Shown here piece after piece: positions 1 to 10,027 of a DNA stretch of 64,000 bases; position 1 is the stretch's first letter, and every line of letters begins with the position of its first letter. The position numbers and the translations under genes were made by a program. Source of the DNA: Candidatus Helarchaeota archaeon (GTDB lineage Archaea > Asgardarchaeota > Lokiarchaeia > Helarchaeales > RDOG01); the NCBI GenBank assembly GCA_019058315.1, contig JAHPZH010000005.1, forward strand, positions 64,001 through 128,000, written 5' to 3'. A model generated the notes under the pieces. The model saw only the letters and a list, made by a program, of their open reading frames with translations, did no database searches and was not told the DNA's origin.

Positions 1-2
1 AT

Positions 3-239
3 TTAGATGGAATGCTTATATTGCCATTTATTTTTTTAGCTAATTTACTCCAAGCAAAAATTGAAGAAAAATATGATGTAGGCAAAATTTTTAAGGAAGA
101 ATATGAAGAATATCGGAAAAAGACAAGAATGTTTGGTCCCTTATGGCTTTGGTTAATTATATTGACGATTTTTGTTTTACTAATGATGGTTTCTTACTTT
201 ACTTATTTACCCACCTTAACTGATTTCATACTTTTCTAA
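3..239 (+). CDS. 3' end of a membrane protein, probably isoprenylcysteine carboxyl methyltransferase/PEMT-like (5'-truncated by the window edge)
   Basis: Frame is open to the window edge; 'AKIEEKY..KIFKEEYEEYRKKTRMFGP' resembles the ICMT-family C-terminal EE..L...FG.EY..Y...T.RF.P motif. Confidence 0.55.
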   Translation, partial: LDGMLILPFIFLANLLQAKIEEKYDVGKIFKEEYEEYRKKTRMFGPLWLWLIILTIFVLLMMVSYFTYLPTLTDFILF

Positions 240-242
240 GAT

Positions 243-701
243 CTACAAATTCCATTTCTCAAAATATACATGCTTTAATTTTTCATGTATTGGTTCAACT
301 TTAAATTGTTTGTAACCTAATTTTTTATATAAATAGATATTTTTCTCGCTCTTATGGCCAGTAAATAATTCATATTTTTTAATATCTTTAAAATTATGTT
401 CAATTTCATTCATTAATTTAGAACCGATTCCTTGATTTTGAAAATCGGGATGAACAATTAATCTTCCAATATGGCAAGTGTCTCCTTCTTTATAACCTCT
501 TACAGAACCAACGATTTTATTATCAATTACGGCTTTTAGAAAAGTCTGTTGAGGAAAGACATTTTTCATCTCCTCAATCGTTTCAATTAATGGAGGAATA
601 GTATAATCATTATAAATTTTAGCTTGCACTTGAAAAGCAATTTTTTGTAAATTAAGTATATCTTCCAGATCTTCGCTTTCTACTTTTTCTATTTTTATAA
701 T
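243..701 (-). CDS. GNAT family N-acetyltransferase
   Basis: Motif A 'LIVHPDFQNQGIGSKLM' and 'NIYLYKKLGY'. The frame stays open upstream of the GTG at 629 to an ATT at 701, adding a typical GNAT N-terminus (IIKIEKVESEDLEDILNLQKIAF). Confidence 0.85.
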   Translation of the reverse strand: MIKIEKVESEDLEDILNLQKIAFQVQAKIYNDYTIPPLIETIEEMKNVFPQQTFLKAVIDNKIVGSVRGYKEGDTCHIGRLIVHPDFQNQGIGSKLMNEIEHNFKDIKKYELFTGHKSEKNIYLYKKLGYKQFKVEPIHEKLKHVYFEKWNL

Positions 702-729
702 TTAAGACGACCTTTTATAATTTATTAAA

Positions 730-2865
730 TTAATTTATCTTTTCTAACCTTACTTTAATTCCATCTAATAAAACCATTCCCGCAAAAGTCTCTAAATTCT
801 TCCAATTATCGTCAGTTATCAAATTTATATTATAACCACGTTTTTCCTTTGCAATCCCCTCAGGGGGATTTTCCACTGTTCTTCCCCAGCCATGTGGTAT
901 CCAAATAACACCCTTCATAAGATCATCTATGATTTTTATGGGAATATCTATGGAATTAATTCTACTTTTTACACGAATAATTTGATAATCTTCAACTTCT
1001 AGACTTCTTGCATCCTCAGGATGGATATAGCAATAATTTGTACCTTCCTTTAAATGTAACCAACTATTTATCGTTTCTATATCTCTCCCTGAAATTAAAT
1101 AATATGGAAATTCATTATCATATGGACCTTTCCATTTTCTAAATTTTTCAAATTCATCTATGTAGTCTTTTGGAACTAAATCTATTAATTTATCAGATGT
1201 TTGGAGCTTATCTGGAAGTAAAACATTATATTGAATCTTTTTCTCTTCATTTAGAAAAATTCCCCTTTCAGATTTCATTAAATTCTTGATTTTTTTTCGG
1301 TCTGCTCTTGATAAAATAGATTTAAAAATAGTAATTGGAGGACCACCTATAGTTGGTAATCCCATTTTTTTTCCTAATAGATTAAAAATCTCCCATTCTG
1401 GTTTTTGTTCGGAATCAGGTTGCACTACAGGATCAGAATAACTTGCAAACGGTATAGGGTTAAATGAAGTTGTTGTTAAAGTTAAATCTTCTCTTTCCAA
1501 AAAAGTCACTGCAGGTAGAATATAATCAGCTAAACTTCCCGTATCATTCATGTAAAAATCTATAGAGACTAATAATTCTAATTTTTTAAATGCTTTTTCA
1601 AGTTTTTTTGTGTTTGGACAACTAACTAAGGGATCACCCGCGACAATGAGCATAGCTTTTATTTGATCATCTCCAGGCGTCAATATTTCATCTGCCATTA
1701 ATGCTGCTGGATAAGTTCCCATTAAACTTCGAAATTTACCAATTCTGCTAAGGTTTGCACCTTTATCTGCAACTTTGCCAGTTACTTCTGAAGTTTCAAG
1801 TCCACCTACATTAGAAATACTAAACACATCTATTAAACCAGAACTATAAAAATTTCCCTTTTTATCTATATTTCCAGTAATAAAATTAAATACATCAATT
1901 GCCCAAGCTAGCAATGTAGCAAAAGATCCGCGATCAGTCCCTGCTCTTCCATAAACTGATGCGCCACCTTTTTTGGATGCTTCTAGAAAGTCATTTACAA
2001 TTTTTATTATGTTTTCTTTAGAAATACATGTTATTTTAGCAATTTGATTTAGATCCCCACCAAATTCTTTTGCGATTTTTCGTAATTCATCGATTCCCTT
2101 AGAATACTTCCTAATGAATTCTTTATCTTCAAGATCATTTTCTAAAACATAGTTGATCATACCAAAAAGCAGGTAGATGTCAGTATTTGGACAAATAAAA
2201 TGATGATCGCCGATTTTTTTTGCAATAGGTATTTTTCTGGGATTGATCCAGACAATTTTGCAACCTCGTTTCTCCATTTCTTTTAAACGTTGAGCTGGGC
2301 GGGGAAAAACAACAAAACTAAAATGTGAAGCCCCGGGATTTGTTCCAAGTGCTAAGAAATAGTCTATATTTGCAAAATCTGGAACTATTATAATGAGATT
2401 TGAACCATAAAAACGTTTAGAATGAGCAAATTTATTATTACAATCTTGAGAACCAGCAGAATAAATATTTCGGGAACCTAAGAATCTCATAAATGCTTGG
2501 GTATAAATTGCAGCAGAATAGGAAAAAGCTACGGGATTCCCAAAGTACATCCCAATAGATTTAGGACCGAATGTATTCTTTATTTTTAATAATTTTTCCC
2601 CTATCTCATTTATGGCTTGTTCCCAGGATATTCTTTCATACTTACTATCAATTTTTTTCATTGGATATTTAATCCGTTTGGGGTCATATTGAACATTAAG
2701 CATCGAACGACCTTTGATGCACGAATAACCCTTCGAAACTGGGTGATCCTTATCTGCATAGTATTTTAAAATCCTGTTGCTCTCCACTTCTGCAGTAAAA
2801 CCGCAAGATCCTTCACATATTCTGCAATAGGTATACTTTTTTTCCATTAAAATCACGTAATTCAA
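730..2865 (-). CDS. Molybdopterin-dependent oxidoreductase (DMSO reductase/MopB superfamily) catalytic subunit
   Basis: N-terminal 4Fe-4S motif CRICEGSC...C(IKG), 'ADYILPA..FLERED', and C-terminal dinucleotide-binding domain 'IHPEDA...GVIWIPHGWG'. Confidence 0.9.
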   Translation of the reverse strand: MNYVILMEKKYTYCRICEGSCGFTAEVESNRILKYYADKDHPVSKGYSCIKGRSMLNVQYDPKRIKYPMKKIDSKYERISWEQAINEIGEKLLKIKNTFGPKSIGMYFGNPVAFSYSAAIYTQAFMRFLGSRNIYSAGSQDCNNKFAHSKRFYGSNLIIIVPDFANIDYFLALGTNPGASHFSFVVFPRPAQRLKEMEKRGCKIVWINPRKIPIAKKIGDHHFICPNTDIYLLFGMINYVLENDLEDKEFIRKYSKGIDELRKIAKEFGGDLNQIAKITCISKENIIKIVNDFLEASKKGGASVYGRAGTDRGSFATLLAWAIDVFNFITGNIDKKGNFYSSGLIDVFSISNVGGLETSEVTGKVADKGANLSRIGKFRSLMGTYPAALMADEILTPGDDQIKAMLIVAGDPLVSCPNTKKLEKAFKKLELLVSIDFYMNDTGSLADYILPAVTFLEREDLTLTTTSFNPIPFASYSDPVVQPDSEQKPEWEIFNLLGKKMGLPTIGGPPITIFKSILSRADRKKIKNLMKSERGIFLNEEKKIQYNVLLPDKLQTSDKLIDLVPKDYIDEFEKFRKWKGPYDNEFPYYLISGRDIETINSWLHLKEGTNYCYIHPEDARSLEVEDYQIIRVKSRINSIDIPIKIIDDLMKGVIWIPHGWGRTVENPPEGIAKEKRGYNINLITDDNWKNLETFAGMVLLDGIKVRLEKIN

Positions 2866-2868
2866 TTA

Positions 2869-2976
2869 ATTTTTTTTTATTATTTTGAGTTAATTTTTGA
2901 AATATTTTTGATCAACACTAAATTCATACAATTTTTTTTATTATTTTGAGTAAATTTTTGAACTATTTTTAATCAC
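2869..2976. repeat. Imperfect direct repeat, two copies of about 46 bp with a 61-bp period, just upstream of the Mo-oxidoreductase
   Basis: ttttttttattattttgagttaatttttgaaatatttttgatca versus ttttttttattattttgagtaaatttttgaactatttttaatca. Confidence 0.75.
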
Positions 2977-3152
2977 CTATTTTTATCAAATACTTTTAAC
3001 TGCTAGACAATTCGAAATTGAGCACTTTAGAGAAATTCGGGAATTGCAAAGGGTTAAATATAATGATTCCTTCATATATTTAGTAAGTCAGTTAGTTAAT
3101 TTGAATTAAAAATATGAGAGATTTTTAAGTAAGAATAAAAATTAGAAAATAT

Positions 3153-3350
3153 GTGATGCTATTGATTGAAAGTACAAAAAAAATGAAGAAAAAACCGTCT
3201 ATTAGTTTTTATTGTATGAGATGCAATTTATTCTTTGTAGAAGATGGAGAAACATTATTAGACGAAATTAAATGTCCAGAATGTAATACTCATGAGATAT
3301 TTATAGAATTAGAATTTGATGATGAGAAAACTCCTAGTTATATTTCATAA
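3153..3350 (+). CDS. Small zinc-ribbon protein
   Basis: CMRC...CPEC pairs; followed by a T-rich tract. Confidence 0.65.
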   Translation: MMLLIESTKKMKKKPSISFYCMRCNLFFVEDGETLLDEIKCPECNTHEIFIELEFDDEKTPSYIS

Positions 3351-3614
3351 ATGTGAAGTTCTTCAAATTATTTTTTCTATTTGTTTTTTTTTAGATCATA
3401 AGAACCTCAAGCATACCTAACAAAGAATTTTAAATACGAAGAACTTTAATCTAAAAATTTATTTTTTAAATATTGGATAATAATCATTCAAACAAAAATT
3501 TAATCTTAAGAATGAATTTTTAAGTAAATTAATAATTCATAGATTCAATTTTTTTGTAAATTTTTCTTAAAAAGATAAAAACAGATAAAAATTATTAATT
3601 ATAGATGCTTACTG

Positions 3615-4121
3615 ATGCTACTTACTAAAAAATATGTTGACAAGCTTCTTAAGGATATTTATGACTTGCATACCATTAAGGGATGTATTATCGCGAGTAT
3701 TAAGGGTATACCAATTTGTTCATTATTACCTCAGAACATAGATGAAAGAAAAATATCTATATTAGCTACAGTATTGCTATCTATTAGTGAAATGACCGCA
3801 AAAGAATTTAAATTGTTAAGTGATCCAACAGAATTAGCCTCAATGATGAAATTTGGAGAGTATATTTTAACAATAGTGAGAATAGGTGGAATAGCTTTAC
3901 TTATAACTCTAAATAAATATGATATGAGTCATGATGGATTGATAATTAGAAAAATCATAACCAAGATGCATAGTGAAATTAATAGTATATTAAGAACAGG
4001 ACTTACTGAAAAATTAAGAATTATTAAAAGGAAAATTGATGGAGGATACGTTTCATTAACAAATTTACAAGAATTAAATACAGTAGTAGATGAGATTAAT
4101 GAAATAATAAAAGAACTTTAA
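3615..4121 (+). CDS. Roadblock/LC7 (MglB-like) domain protein with C-terminal helical extension
   Basis: 'IKGCIIASIKGIPICSLLPQNIDERKISILATVLLSISE' matches the roadblock beta-beta-alpha pattern. Confidence 0.75.
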   Translation: MLLTKKYVDKLLKDIYDLHTIKGCIIASIKGIPICSLLPQNIDERKISILATVLLSISEMTAKEFKLLSDPTELASMMKFGEYILTIVRIGGIALLITLNKYDMSHDGLIIRKIITKMHSEINSILRTGLTEKLRIIKRKIDGGYVSLTNLQELNTVVDEINEIIKEL

Positions 4122-4330
4122 ATTCTTTGCATTATTATAAATATTTAAATAAGAAGCACTTTATACAAAAGTGATTATTTTTATAAAAAGGATAATAATC
4201 ATTAAGACTAAAATATAAGACTAAAGTTCAATCTAAAAAAATTACGATAATAACAACTTAGAGATGAAAAATTAATAAGAACTTAACAAAAAATTAACAA
4301 GAATTATAATAAATTAGGGGTGAATATTAA

Positions 4331-5899
4331 ATGCCATTATTAAATAGAGCACATGAGAAGCTTTTATCGAGAAAGTTAAAGGCAGATGATTTACCTTATG
4401 TTACTTCCATTAAATTTAAAGAATTAACTAAAGTTAAAGAAAGTATTGTTGGTAAACCCATTCTTTGTTCAAGTTGTAAAGCAGCACTTACCAATCCAGC
4501 TATGGTAAAAATAGACCAAAAAGTTGGACATCATTTTATATGCGAATTTTGTGGCACATTGAATGTCGTGGATCCTAAGGATTTACCTTCTGGTTCATGG
4601 ACAGATCTTGATTATATTATAGAAACAAAAACGGAACCGAAGGATGTTACTAAGTTAAAAATAACAGGTGATAATATAACTTCAGTTATTGATATTTCTG
4701 GCTCAATGTCGGATGGTAAATTAGAGGCTGTAAAGCGAAGTTTGGTCGAGACAGTTCGAGATTTAAAAGTAAATTCTCCTGGATCACATTTTTCTTTGAT
4801 TACATTCGAATCTAGTGTTCGACTACTTTCGCATAAAGGAAAGGAAGTCCTAAAACTTTCTGGGGATACACTTCATTCAAAAAAGGATATAATCAAGCGT
4901 TTTCAAAAAGCAGATCTTGACTTTGTTCCAATCTCAGATACTGCTGATAGATGGATTGATATGATTAATCAAATGATGCCAATGGATATGACAGCACTAG
5001 GTCCAGCTTTATTAGGGGGAGTAACACTCTTAGGGCGAGCTGGGACTGGTGGGCGACTTATATTACTTACTGATGGGATGGCTAACCAAGGTTTGGGAAA
5101 TTTAGAAACACCAACTTCATCTGGTAAAAAATTCTATGATGAAATGGGTGATTTATGTCTCAATCATAATATAATAGTTGAAGTAGTCGGCGTTCAGAGC
5201 CATGAAGGTGCTAGTGAATTAGGTTTAGATGTTCTAGGACATTTAGCAGATAAAACTGGTGGAGATATATTTTTTGTTACCCGAGAAGAACTTAAAGATG
5301 CATTTGAGAAAATGCGATCCGTTGAATATCTTGCGAAAAATGTTTCTGTTAGCGTTATTGCACCAAAAAAGAGGTTAAAACTTCGAAGCGTATCAGGAGT
5401 TTCGGTCCCTAAAACAGCAGGCCCCATTGAGGTTGGTGCTGTAACTAAAGATCGAGAAATCTTTTATGAAATGGAAACACTTGATGATCTAAAAGAAGAA
5501 GAAGTCCCGGTTCAAACCCAAATTATGTATAAGGATAAAGAAGGAAACACACATTTACGAATTATTAATGAAAAATTAAAAACAACAAAAGATGAAAAAG
5601 AATACAACAAGAAATATAATTTAAACCTAACTACGACTTATAACGTGCAAAAAGCCGGTGAATCGTATTATAAATCGGATGTAAAGGCCGCGAAATCTCA
5701 ATTAAAAGCTTATCAAACCAAAATTAAAAATTTAGCTGCTGGTGGACCAATGCCAGCTGCGGCTGAAGCAGTAATTGCTAAGTTAGATGATGAGATGGAA
5801 GAAATAGATAAAGAAGAAGAGAAAGTAGAAAAATTTAAGGGTAAAAAATCCTATCGCGCAAGTATAGCTCAAAAAATGAAACGAAGATTATCAGAATAA
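4331..5899 (+). CDS. Sec23/Sec24-like protein (Zn finger + vWA + beta-sandwich + helical tail)
   Basis: CSSC...FICEFCGTLN zinc finger; vWA with DISGSM, TALGPAL and LLTDG; 'LADKTGG'; upstream SD-like GGGGTGA. Confidence 0.8.
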   Translation: MPLLNRAHEKLLSRKLKADDLPYVTSIKFKELTKVKESIVGKPILCSSCKAALTNPAMVKIDQKVGHHFICEFCGTLNVVDPKDLPSGSWTDLDYIIETKTEPKDVTKLKITGDNITSVIDISGSMSDGKLEAVKRSLVETVRDLKVNSPGSHFSLITFESSVRLLSHKGKEVLKLSGDTLHSKKDIIKRFQKADLDFVPISDTADRWIDMINQMMPMDMTALGPALLGGVTLLGRAGTGGRLILLTDGMANQGLGNLETPTSSGKKFYDEMGDLCLNHNIIVEVVGVQSHEGASELGLDVLGHLADKTGGDIFFVTREELKDAFEKMRSVEYLAKNVSVSVIAPKKRLKLRSVSGVSVPKTAGPIEVGAVTKDREIFYEMETLDDLKEEEVPVQTQIMYKDKEGNTHLRIINEKLKTTKDEKEYNKKYNLNLTTTYNVQKAGESYYKSDVKAAKSQLKAYQTKIKNLAAGGPMPAAAEAVIAKLDDEMEEIDKEEEKVEKFKGKKSYRASIAQKMKRRLSE

Positions 5900-5931
5900 A
5901 TATTTTTTACTTTTTTTTATTTTTTTTAATT
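5900..5931 (+). terminator. Oligo-T tract (archaeal-type terminator) between convergent genes
   Basis: ttttttacttttttttattttttttaa directly after the stop at 5899. Confidence 0.5.
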
Positions 5932-6861
5932 TTAAAAATTTCTTAATTTTATTAGTTTTAATACGTGCTCCCCGTTTTTTTCAGTAAATTCATAATAAAC
6001 CCATAATTCATTTTCATATTTTAATCCAAATAAATAACGACAAGAACCTTTACCAAAATCAGAGTGATATGTTGGTTCTTCCAAGCTTTGGATTTTTAGA
6101 TTTTTTGGTGAAGATCCGGTTAAAACACCAGATTTTTCTTCACATAAACCAGATTCTTGATCCGTTCCATCGAAAAATCCAAAGTATTGATCATTGAATT
6201 CGAAAATTGATGTTAATCGAATCATATAACTAGCCCATTTACAATCCTTTAAATTAACGAACACATCTCCATTCCATTTGAAGGAAATTCCATCTTGGCT
6301 CGTTAAGAGACCGCTTGATCCCCAAGGTTTTTTCCAAAATCGAAAATAATCGATATAGAGATGAATTTTATCATTAAAAACAGATACAATAGGATCTTTA
6401 ATGCTAAGTCTATGAAAACGGGGCAAATTCCATTTTATCTTTTGTATTTTTTTCGAATCAAAATTCGAGGGATCTCTTGCTACAATTTTTTTAATCTGCC
6501 ATCTAGGAATTATGGCATTAGATTCATATGAAAAAAATAAATTATATTTATCTTGAATTTTAATCATCGATGCTCCTTCGATGCTTTTTACATCAATTTC
6601 TTTTTTTCCCATTTCCCAAATTACTTTAAAATCAGTGCCATTTATTGACTCTAGAATTTGACATTTATACCCTCTATGAGTATCACTGGGTAATACTTTT
6701 CCCTTCTTCGGTCTAGGATTACGAATTCTTACATATAAATAGAATTTCTCGAAATCTTTATCAAAAAAAATTGAAGATGCACCAATCCAATACCCTTTTC
6801 CTTTTCCCTCAGGTTCTAAAATGGTGGTTCCTTCTTGCGGATTAAAAAGAAAGTTATCCAT
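5932..6861 (-). CDS. Putative five-bladed beta-propeller glycosidase-like protein
   Basis: Repeated S.NG..F and SQDGISFKW motifs, 'IKDPIV', 'RY...L......VYYE'. Confidence 0.55.
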   Translation of the reverse strand: MDNFLFNPQEGTTILEPEGKGKGYWIGASSIFFDKDFEKFYLYVRIRNPRPKKGKVLPSDTHRGYKCQILESINGTDFKVIWEMGKKEIDVKSIEGASMIKIQDKYNLFFSYESNAIIPRWQIKKIVARDPSNFDSKKIQKIKWNLPRFHRLSIKDPIVSVFNDKIHLYIDYFRFWKKPWGSSGLLTSQDGISFKWNGDVFVNLKDCKWASYMIRLTSIFEFNDQYFGFFDGTDQESGLCEEKSGVLTGSSPKNLKIQSLEEPTYHSDFGKGSCRYLFGLKYENELWVYYEFTEKNGEHVLKLIKLRNF

Positions 6862-6900
6862 TTAAATCCATCTGATACCAATAAATTAAGCTTTGAATTA

Positions 6901-7284
6901 TTAGCGTAATGATTTAGATCTATAATCCTGATAAATGTCCCAAATTCCATCTATTATAGAAAGGACAATAATTAATATTTTAAAGAAAATTGTATCAGGA
7001 TATACGAGAATTGAGTAAATTGCAATAAATGGGAGCGTAAACACATATGGACCGTGTTCAATATAAGTTCCTCCTATGGGAGATTCGCCATGTCTAATAT
7101 GCCTTTCATCCACAATATCCTTCCAAATTAAAATACCCAAAATGCTTAAACCAAACGTTATAAATATTGAATCAATTACATAATAAGCTCTTGCGGTCCA
7201 TTGTTGAAGATTTAGGATAACAATATAACCAATTAAGTGAATTAAACCAAGCAAAATTGAGATGATATAGTATTTGATTCTCAT
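6901..7284 (-). CDS. Small multi-pass membrane protein
   Basis: About four hydrophobic segments. Confidence 0.6.
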   Translation of the reverse strand: MRIKYYIISILLGLIHLIGYIVILNLQQWTARAYYVIDSIFITFGLSILGILIWKDIVDERHIRHGESPIGGTYIEHGPYVFTLPFIAIYSILVYPDTIFFKILIIVLSIIDGIWDIYQDYRSKSLR

Positions 7285-7406
7285 TAAATCTATTTCCTAA
7301 TAGTCTGGAATTTTTTCATTTTTTAACTTGTTCAAATCTAAGAAATATCATATAATTGAAAAAAAAATGTTTCGTTAGTACTGATGAAAAAAAATCAAAT
7401 GTTGAG

Positions 7407-8933
7407 TTAATGATCATGGTTATGCTCATGATCATGCTCATGTTCTATATTTACACTACGAAGCGAGCCGATAGCCCAACCAGCTACTTCATTTAATGAT
7501 GGGTGAATGACTTGGGAACGATAGATCGGCATAAATGATCCAGCTTCGGGACAGGTTTGCGAATATGTGGGTATTGGTTCAGATTCCGGAGTTGGGCTTA
7601 TATTACAAACGTATCCCGCATTCATAAGATATACAAATGGTTGAACTAACACTGCAGCGTGAGGACCAATAATATGGGCACCAAGTAATGTTCTAGATTG
7701 ATCTACGACAAGTTTTACAAACCCATCATCAATATCTCCTTTGTTTAATCCCATCGCAAACCCTTTTGCCACACTCGAATAATTCTTTTTTGCAACATAA
7801 ATTTTATACCCTTTTTCAATAGCTTCTGCCTCTGTTATTCCCACATGTCCAATTTGGGGGTATGTAAATATAGCCCAAGGGACAGAGGAATAATCAACCT
7901 TTAATCGATTATCTCCCTCAGCAAACATATTATTTTCTACAATCTCTGATTCATAATTAGCTTTATGACGAAATTGATATTTTCCATTTGCATCTCCAAT
8001 GCACCAAATATTCTTTTTGGCTGTTTCTAAATATTCATTTGTTATAATCCAACCTTTTTTATCTGTTTTAACACCAGTTTTTTCCACTTTTAATAAATCG
8101 GCATTGGAGCGGCGACCGGTAGCTACTAAAATTTCTTCAGCTTCCACTTCCGACTTTTCACCAGTTTTCATATCCTCAATTTTAACAATCTTAACTCCTT
8201 TCTTAGCATGTGCTTCAATCGCTTTTTTATTTACAAGAACCTTCATATATTTATTTAGATTTCTTTCTAAAAAAGCACTCACTTCAGGTTCTTCGGTATA
8301 TACTAAACGAGGTAGCATCTCAATTATTGTGACATCAGTACCAAATGCTGAAAATATATGTGCAAATTCAACGGCTATTACACCGCCTCCAAGAATAATA
8401 AGACTCTTCCAAGGTTTTTTAGGAAATTTATCTCCAAAAAAATTTTCATTTGTAATATATTCTATGTTTTCTATTCCTTTAATAGGAGGAATAAAAGACC
8501 GAGCACCAGTGGCTATTAGAAATTTTTCACCCTCAAATGTTTCTGAATAACTTCCATCTTTTAATTTAACCCTCATCTGATAATCTTTAACGAATTCTCC
8601 GGTCCCTTTATAAAACGAAAGTCTAGGTGATTTTGACAAACTTCTCTCCATTCTTTTATTCTCATCAATTTGGGACCACATCCGCTTTCCAATCATATCC
8701 CAATCAAATTTTTCTAATTTAAGTTGTAAACCTACTCGCTCTGCGTGTTGAGCTTCTCTAATTACATCTGCGGGATATACGAGAACTTTAGAAGGTATAC
8801 AACCTCGGGTGAGGCATGTACCACCGACTTTAGTATCTTCGATGATTGCACAACTTAACCGTCTACTAAGTACTGTATTAACAATGTTGAGCCCTGCACC
8901 AGTTCCAATGATAACAACATTATATTTTTCCAT
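7407..8933 (-). CDS. Pyridine nucleotide-disulfide oxidoreductase (dihydrolipoamide dehydrogenase/mycothione reductase-like)
   Basis: GTGAG FAD motif, GGTCLTRGCIPSK redox disulfide, GGGVIAVE, IGDANG, HPSLNE; His-rich tail. Confidence 0.9.
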   Translation of the reverse strand: MEKYNVVIIGTGAGLNIVNTVLSRRLSCAIIEDTKVGGTCLTRGCIPSKVLVYPADVIREAQHAERVGLQLKLEKFDWDMIGKRMWSQIDENKRMERSLSKSPRLSFYKGTGEFVKDYQMRVKLKDGSYSETFEGEKFLIATGARSFIPPIKGIENIEYITNENFFGDKFPKKPWKSLIILGGGVIAVEFAHIFSAFGTDVTIIEMLPRLVYTEEPEVSAFLERNLNKYMKVLVNKKAIEAHAKKGVKIVKIEDMKTGEKSEVEAEEILVATGRRSNADLLKVEKTGVKTDKKGWIITNEYLETAKKNIWCIGDANGKYQFRHKANYESEIVENNMFAEGDNRLKVDYSSVPWAIFTYPQIGHVGITEAEAIEKGYKIYVAKKNYSSVAKGFAMGLNKGDIDDGFVKLVVDQSRTLLGAHIIGPHAAVLVQPFVYLMNAGYVCNISPTPESEPIPTYSQTCPEAGSFMPIYRSQVIHPSLNEVAGWAIGSLRSVNIEHEHDHEHNHDH

Positions 8934-9080
8934 CTAAATTAACTCCTTTGATTGTAAAATCCCAATAATTTTAAAGTAAAATTTTTAATCTAAAGTTATA
9001 CAAATATAAGAAAGTTTACTTATAAAATTAAATTAATTCCAATAATAGGAAGTTCATATCCTTAAATTTCGTGAACTTAA

Positions 9081-10016
9081 ATGATTGATAAGCTCTATAT
9101 TATGTATGAGAACGGTGTATGCGTTTTTGAAAAGATTTATTATACTAGTTTGGATACAATCAAGACAGATTCCCAGCTATTTACTGGTTTCTTAACTGCT
9201 ATTGGTGGTTTTGCTGCAGAAGCTTTGGGAAGCGGATTACAATCGATGCATTTACAGACCGGAGAACAACTCGCAATAATGAAACATGAGTCAAGAATGG
9301 TCGGAATCTGTATCGCAGACGGACGCGATCACGACAAGCTGATTTCATCATTATTAAGAAAGATATTAGATCGATTTTATGAAATATTTAAGAGAGAAGT
9401 TGACATAATGGATGCGTCGTTACTTGGAAAAACTGATAAATTTGGAAAAGAAGTCGATTCTATTTTAAAAAATAAAGCTTCAAGTAGAGCAGATTGGAAA
9501 ATGGGGTTAGGAATATTAGTTGGATTTGCTATTTTAGGCTTGTTAACTTTTGTGATTTTAAATAGGACACTTTTAGAAAATATTCCAAGTCCATTATTTT
9601 TAGCCATACGAAATCCCATAAGTGCAATTTATATTGGAATGCTTGGAGAGTCAATAGGAGGAATATTATCATTAATAATGTTTTTTGTTGCAATATTATT
9701 TTTTATTCCATCAGTTATAACAGGCTATTTGAGCGGTAGTCGTGTTAGAGGACTAATTTCTGGTACAATTATAACTGTTATCGCCTATATTACCTTAATT
9801 TTAGCCAGATTTCAAATAATGGCAAGATTGGGACTGGATTTAAAGGATTGGTTCTTCAGTTTATCCCCTCTTATACTTTTCCTAACTCTATCAGTTTCAT
9901 TTAGTGCGGGTTATATCGCAGAGCGACTACACCTTTATACATTTCCAGAACCAGATAAAGAAATGGGAAAATTAGATAGGATTTTAAAATCTATAAAAGA
10001 TAAGATTGGTTTATAA
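9081..10016 (+). CDS. Longin-like domain + multi-pass membrane protein (paralogue 1)
   Basis: N-terminal 'LYIMYENGVCVFEK...DSQLFTGFLTAIGGFAAE...ILDRFYEIF' fits the Asgard longin pattern, followed by about 4 TM helices. Confidence 0.75.
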   Translation: MIDKLYIMYENGVCVFEKIYYTSLDTIKTDSQLFTGFLTAIGGFAAEALGSGLQSMHLQTGEQLAIMKHESRMVGICIADGRDHDKLISSLLRKILDRFYEIFKREVDIMDASLLGKTDKFGKEVDSILKNKASSRADWKMGLGILVGFAILGLLTFVILNRTLLENIPSPLFLAIRNPISAIYIGMLGESIGGILSLIMFFVAILFFIPSVITGYLSGSRVRGLISGTIITVIAYITLILARFQIMARLGLDLKDWFFSLSPLILFLTLSVSFSAGYIAERLHLYTFPEPDKEMGKLDRILKSIKDKIGL

Positions 10017-10027
10017 GGAATATTCGA

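Noticed and set aside
730-2865. Selenocysteine-containing formate dehydrogenase
   Set aside because: The ORF has no in-frame TGA and no FDH-type C/U-H ligand motif; the substrate is unassigned
2869-2976. CRISPR array
   Set aside because: Only two copies, about 15 bp between them, and no cas genes
4331-5899. A complete COPII coat locus
   Set aside because: No Sar1, Sec13 or Sec31-like genes are adjacent
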